Below, piece by piece: positions 13,346-17,238 of a DNA stretch of 17,238 bases (position 1 is its first letter; each line of letters starts with the position of its first letter). Origin of the DNA: a virus (taxonomy: Duplodnaviria; Heunggongvirae; Uroviricota; Caudoviricetes); IMG/VR virus record IMGVR_UViG_2675903661_000016. One strand, written 5' to 3'. Under the pieces are notes generated by a model. That model was not told the DNA's origin and searched no databases. It worked only from the letters and a program-made list of their open reading frames with translations. The translations under genes were made by a program, and so were the position numbers.

Positions 13346-15817
13346 ATGAGTAAAATATTTATTTGCGCCGCCATTCCTGACGAACAGGCAATAAAAAACG
13401 AGGGCGCTGTTGCTGTGGCCACAGCCATTGAAGCCGGTGATGAACGTCGCGCCCGCGCAAAATTTCACTGGCAATTCCTTGAACATTATCCGGCTGCTCA
13501 GGACTGCGCTTATAAATTTCTTGTCTGTGAGGATAAACCCGGTACACCCCGCCCAGCCCTCGACTCCTGGGATGCTGAATATATGCTGGAAAACCGCTGG
13601 GATGAGGCGTCTGCTTCCTTTGTCCCGGTTGAGACTGAATCAGATCCGATGAACGTCACTTTTGACAAGCTGTCCCCTGAAGTACAGAACGCTGTCATGG
13701 TTAAGTTCGACACATGTGAAAACATCACCGTTGATATGGTGATTAGCGCACAGGAATTGTTGCAGGAAGACATGGCAACCTTCGACGGACATATCGTTGA
13801 AGCGTTGATGAAAATGCCAGAAGTTAACGCCATGTATCCGGAGATTAAACTGCATGCCATCGGGTGGGTTAAGCATAAATGTAAGCCTGGTGCCAAATGG
13901 CCAGAAATTCAGGCAGAGATGCGCATCTGGAAAAAACGTCGCGAAGGTGAACGCAAGAAAACCGGAAAATATACGTCTGTTGTTGATCTCGCACGCACCA
14001 GAGTTAACCAGCACCTCACCGAAAACTCAGCAGCAAAAATCAACCCTGTCACTACAGCCATTCGTCGCGAATACAGGCAGACATGGAAAACACTGGATAA
14101 AGAACTGGCCTGCGCCCTCTGGCCCGGGGATGTGGATACAGGAAACATTGACGGTACCATCCATCGCTGGGCTAAAAATGAGGTTATCGACAAGGATCGC
14201 GAAGACTGGAAGCGTATCTCAGCATCAATGCGCAAACAGCCTGATGCGCTTCGCTATGACCGTCAGACTATTTTCGGCCTTGTTCGTGAGCGCCCGATCG
14301 ACATTCACAAAGATCCCGTTGCACTGAACAAATACATCAGCGAATACCTGACGACAAAGGGCGTGTTTGAACATGAAGAAACAGACCAGAGCTCTGCTGA
14401 TGCTATCCTGTCGTCAGCAGCACAAACTGATCCAGTGGAGACGGCGGAATCCAATTCTCAAAAAAATGAAATCCTGGTGGAAGCTGAACCATCTGTAGAG
14501 CGTGAAGGACCGTTTTATTTCGTCTTTACCGATAAGGACGGGGAAAAATACGGCAGGGCAAACAAACTTTCTGGCCTGGACAAGGCGCTGGCTGCCGGTG
14601 GTACCGAAATCTCAAAAGAAGAATATTTTGCCCGAAAAAATGGCACATATACGGGCTTACAGCAAAATACAGATACCGCAGAAGATTCAGAACAACCAGA
14701 GCCGGTAAAAGTTACCGCTGACGAAGTAAACAAAATTATGCAGGCAGCCAATATCAGCCAGCCTGACACCGATAAATTGCTTGCTGCATCACGTGGTGAA
14801 TTTGTTGAAGGGATTAGCGACCCGAATGATCCGAAATGGGTTAAGGGGATTGAAACCCGCGATTCTGTGAACCAGAACCAGCCCGAATCGGAACAAAACG
14901 ACCAGAAAGCGGAACAAAACAGTCCAAATGCGTTACAAAACGAGCCAGAAACGAAACTGCCTGAACCAGAAGTGCAACAAGAACCGGAAAAAGTCTGCAC
15001 CGCCTGCGGTCAGACCGGCGACGGCAACTGTCCTGACTGTGGCGCGGTAATGGGCGACGCAACATACCAGGAAACATTCGATGAAAAAAATCAGGCTGAA
15101 GTTCAGGAAGATGATTCGGAGGAAATGGAAGGCGCTGAACATCCGAACAATGAGAATGCTGGTAACGATCAGCATCACACCAGCGATAGTGAAACTGGCG
15201 AGGCAGCAGAGCCCTTGATTGCGGTGAATGGTCATCACATTATCACATCCACCAGCAGAGTGTGGATTCACCTGTCGGTCGACCTTGAAACGATGGGAAC
15301 AAATCCTGATGCGCCAATCAACTCTATTGGCGGTAAATTTTTTGATCCGGCAACCGGAGAGATGGGGCCTGAATTCAGTAAAGCTATCGATCTGGAAACC
15401 TCCGGCGGAATCATCGACCGTAAAACAATAAAGTGGTGGGCGAAACGATCACGCGAAGCACAATCCGCTATTTTTACCGATGAAATCTCGTTAGATGTTG
15501 CTCTCCGGCTATTCATAGAATTTATCGAAAAAAACTCCGGCGGGCGTTTTGTCCAGGTATGGGGAAATGGAGCCAACTTCGACAACGTAATTTTACGCCG
15601 TTCATATGAACGGCAGGGGATCCCCTGCCCGTGGCTTTACTACAACGATCGCGATGTACGCACAATCGTTGAACTGGGTAATGCCATTGGCTTTGATGTC
15701 AGAATGGCTATTCCATTCGAAGGCGTACCCCACAATGCGCTGGACGATGCCCGTCACCAGGCAAAACAAGTTTCAGCAATCTGGCAAAAACTGATCCCGA
15801 GTCAGGCTGATTTTTAA
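13346..15817 (+). CDS. RecE-like (exodeoxyribonuclease VIII-like) protein with C-terminal DEDDh-type 3'-5' exonuclease domain
   Basis: 823 aa. Internal [33 protein letters not shown] matches the recalled RecE segment [33 protein letters not shown]. Acidic/Gln-rich linker, CxxC-x8-CxxC ([16 protein letters not shown]), then DnaQ-like motifs [16 protein letters not shown] and [11 protein letters not shown]. Confidence 0.8.
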   Translation: [823 protein letters not shown]

Positions 15818-15881
15818 TGTTCAACCCCGGTCGTCGTCCGCAAGCTATAGTGGCGGCGGCCATGATTAGCGAACAACGCTC

Positions 15882-16130
15882 ATGGCAAGACTTATTCTGC
15901 TCACTGAGTGGGCAAAAGAGGAATTCAGTGAACCGGTCCCTACTCCGGGCACGTTAAGTAAATACGCTAAAGCCGGAATGATATTTCCTCTCCCCAAAAA
16001 AGTTGGAAGACACTGGCGAGTGGATCCTCGAGCTCGCTTTGTCGGAATGGTAAACAAGCCGGAAGTGATCGCCACAGATCACCCTGCTTTGAAGAGGATA
16101 CTGGAAGATGGCGCGCCCACGAAAATATAA
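15882..16130 (+). CDS. xis: Excisionase-like protein (Xis)
   Basis: 82-aa basic protein immediately upstream of and overlapping int; recalled as the prophage excisionase-like (DUF1233) type. Confidence 0.65.
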   Translation: MARLILLTEWAKEEFSEPVPTPGTLSKYAKAGMIFPLPKKVGRHWRVDPRARFVGMVNKPEVIATDHPALKRILEDGAPTKI

Positions 16131-17238
16131 AACTGAAGTTCCGGGATTATCTCCGTATTTTGACAAAAGAAATAACAAAGTTTACTGGCGTTACAGGCAT
16201 CCCATAACAGGAAAAAATCACGGGCTCGGCAGTATTGACCAGAAACAGGCAGAAGCTATTGCAGCAGAAGCGAACAGCCGTCTTGCCAGGCAACAAATGG
16301 AACAAATGCTCACTCTGCAGGAGAAAATTATTCGTGATACCGGTGGTTCATCAACCGTTTCTGTTTTTCTGAATAGTTACCGAAAAATTCAACAGGAAAG
16401 ATATGAAAACGGAGAGATCAAACTCAACACACTGAAACAGAAAGCATCCCCTCTCAGGGTATTTGATGAACGTTTTGGTACCAGACCTTTAGATGCCATA
16501 ACCGTAAAAGATGTGGTATCGGTGCTGGAAGATTACAAGGCAAAAGGACATAACAGAATGGGACAAATTTTCAGGAAAGTACTGATTGATGTTTTCCGGG
16601 AGGCCCAGCAAACGGGCGATGTCCCGCCAGGCTTTAACCCTGCAGAATCGGCAAAAAAACCACAGGTACGGATATCACGGCAACGACTGACCTTTGATGA
16701 GTGGATGATGATTTATAATGCAGCGGAAAAGGATGGTTACTTTTTACAGCGTGGTATGCTGCTGGCACTGATGACAGGCCAGCGCCTTTCAGATATTTGC
16801 AAAATGAAATTTTCGGATATCAGGGATGGTTATCTTCATGTCGAACAGCAAAAAACAGGAACCCGGATTGCCATCCCTCTGGCTCTGCGTTGCGATAAAT
16901 TAAATCTCACCCTGGATGATGTGGTGTCATCCTGTCGCGATTGCGTTCTTAGTCCGTGGCTATTGCACCACCATCATGCTAAAGGGACAGCTAAGCGCGG
17001 CGGGATGGTTAAGCCAGCAACGTTAACCGTTGCATTTAAAAAAGCCCGGGATTCAGTGGATTACAACTGGCGTGCTAATGGCACCCCACCCTCTTTCCAT
17101 GAGCAGAGATCTTTATCAGAACGATTGTTCAGAGAACAGGGAATTGATACCAAAATTTTGCTGGGCCATTCGAATCAAAAAATGACCGATATTTACAACG
17201 ACGCACGCGGTAAGGAATGGAAAAAACTGGTCATTTGA
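16108..17238 (+). CDS. int: Tyrosine-type site-specific integrase (lambda Int family)
   Basis: 376 aa; C-terminal catalytic region with LLGHSNQKMTDIYNDARG (His and the active-site Tyr). Terminal gene of the window, overlapping the xis end. Confidence 0.85.
   Translation: MARPRKYKTEVPGLSPYFDKRNNKVYWRYRHPITGKNHGLGSIDQKQAEAIAAEANSRLARQQMEQMLTLQEKIIRDTGGSSTVSVFLNSYRKIQQERYENGEIKLNTLKQKASPLRVFDERFGTRPLDAITVKDVVSVLEDYKAKGHNRMGQIFRKVLIDVFREAQQTGDVPPGFNPAESAKKPQVRISRQRLTFDEWMMIYNAAEKDGYFLQRGMLLALMTGQRLSDICKMKFSDIRDGYLHVEQQKTGTRIAIPLALRCDKLNLTLDDVVSSCRDCVLSPWLLHHHHAKGTAKRGGMVKPATLTVAFKKARDSVDYNWRANGTPPSFHEQRSLSERLFREQGIDTKILLGHSNQKMTDIYNDARGKEWKKLVI

Larger units (their letters stand above)
1..17238. 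mobile_element. Lambdoid (Qin/Kim-like) prophage segment: late-regulatory, nin-like, replication, immunity, early-operon and integration modules
   Basis: Gene order inferred from translated ORFs: tRNAs/MTase/Q-like/RusA/DUF968/hok on minus strand, O-P replication pair, divergent repressor/cro pair, dicF-dicB-like early operon, xis-int at the right edge. Window ends exactly at the int stop codon. Confidence 0.85.

Noticed and set aside
13359-15585. Multiple minus-strand ORFs (62-161 aa) within the RecE-like gene
   Set aside because: All lie inside a long ORF whose product has recognisable RecE and DEDDh motifs; the translations are low-complexity.

Overview
This 17.2 kb window is one arm of an enterobacterial lambdoid prophage with Qin/Kim-like (E. 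coli cryptic prophage) architecture, read from sequence and ORF translations only; no database search was run. Left to right: two phage tRNAs (Arg-UCG, Ile2-CAU), an N6-adenine DNA methyltransferase, an AT-rich membrane-protein moron, a late promoter/terminator unit, a Q-like antiterminator, RusA, a DUF968 protein, a hok-type toxin, a nin-like region, a lambda-P-like and an O-like/DnaT-fusion replication pair with internal iterons, a YdaT-like and Cro/YdaS-like pair, a DicA-like repressor with overlapping divergent promoters, then a plus-strand early operon (ydfA-like, DicF-like sRNA, dicB-like, ydfD-like, an 823-aa RecE-like exonuclease), xis and int. The window ends at the int stop, so the attachment site lies outside it. 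No single known defence system is recognisable. The best candidates for something undescribed are three cargo loci of unknown function: an antisense AT-rich gene inside the early operon (11833-12390), an overlapping two-gene module upstream of hok (5926-6992), and the membrane-protein moron in the late leader (1988-2701). All homology statements rest on recalled family sequences and should be confirmed by search.
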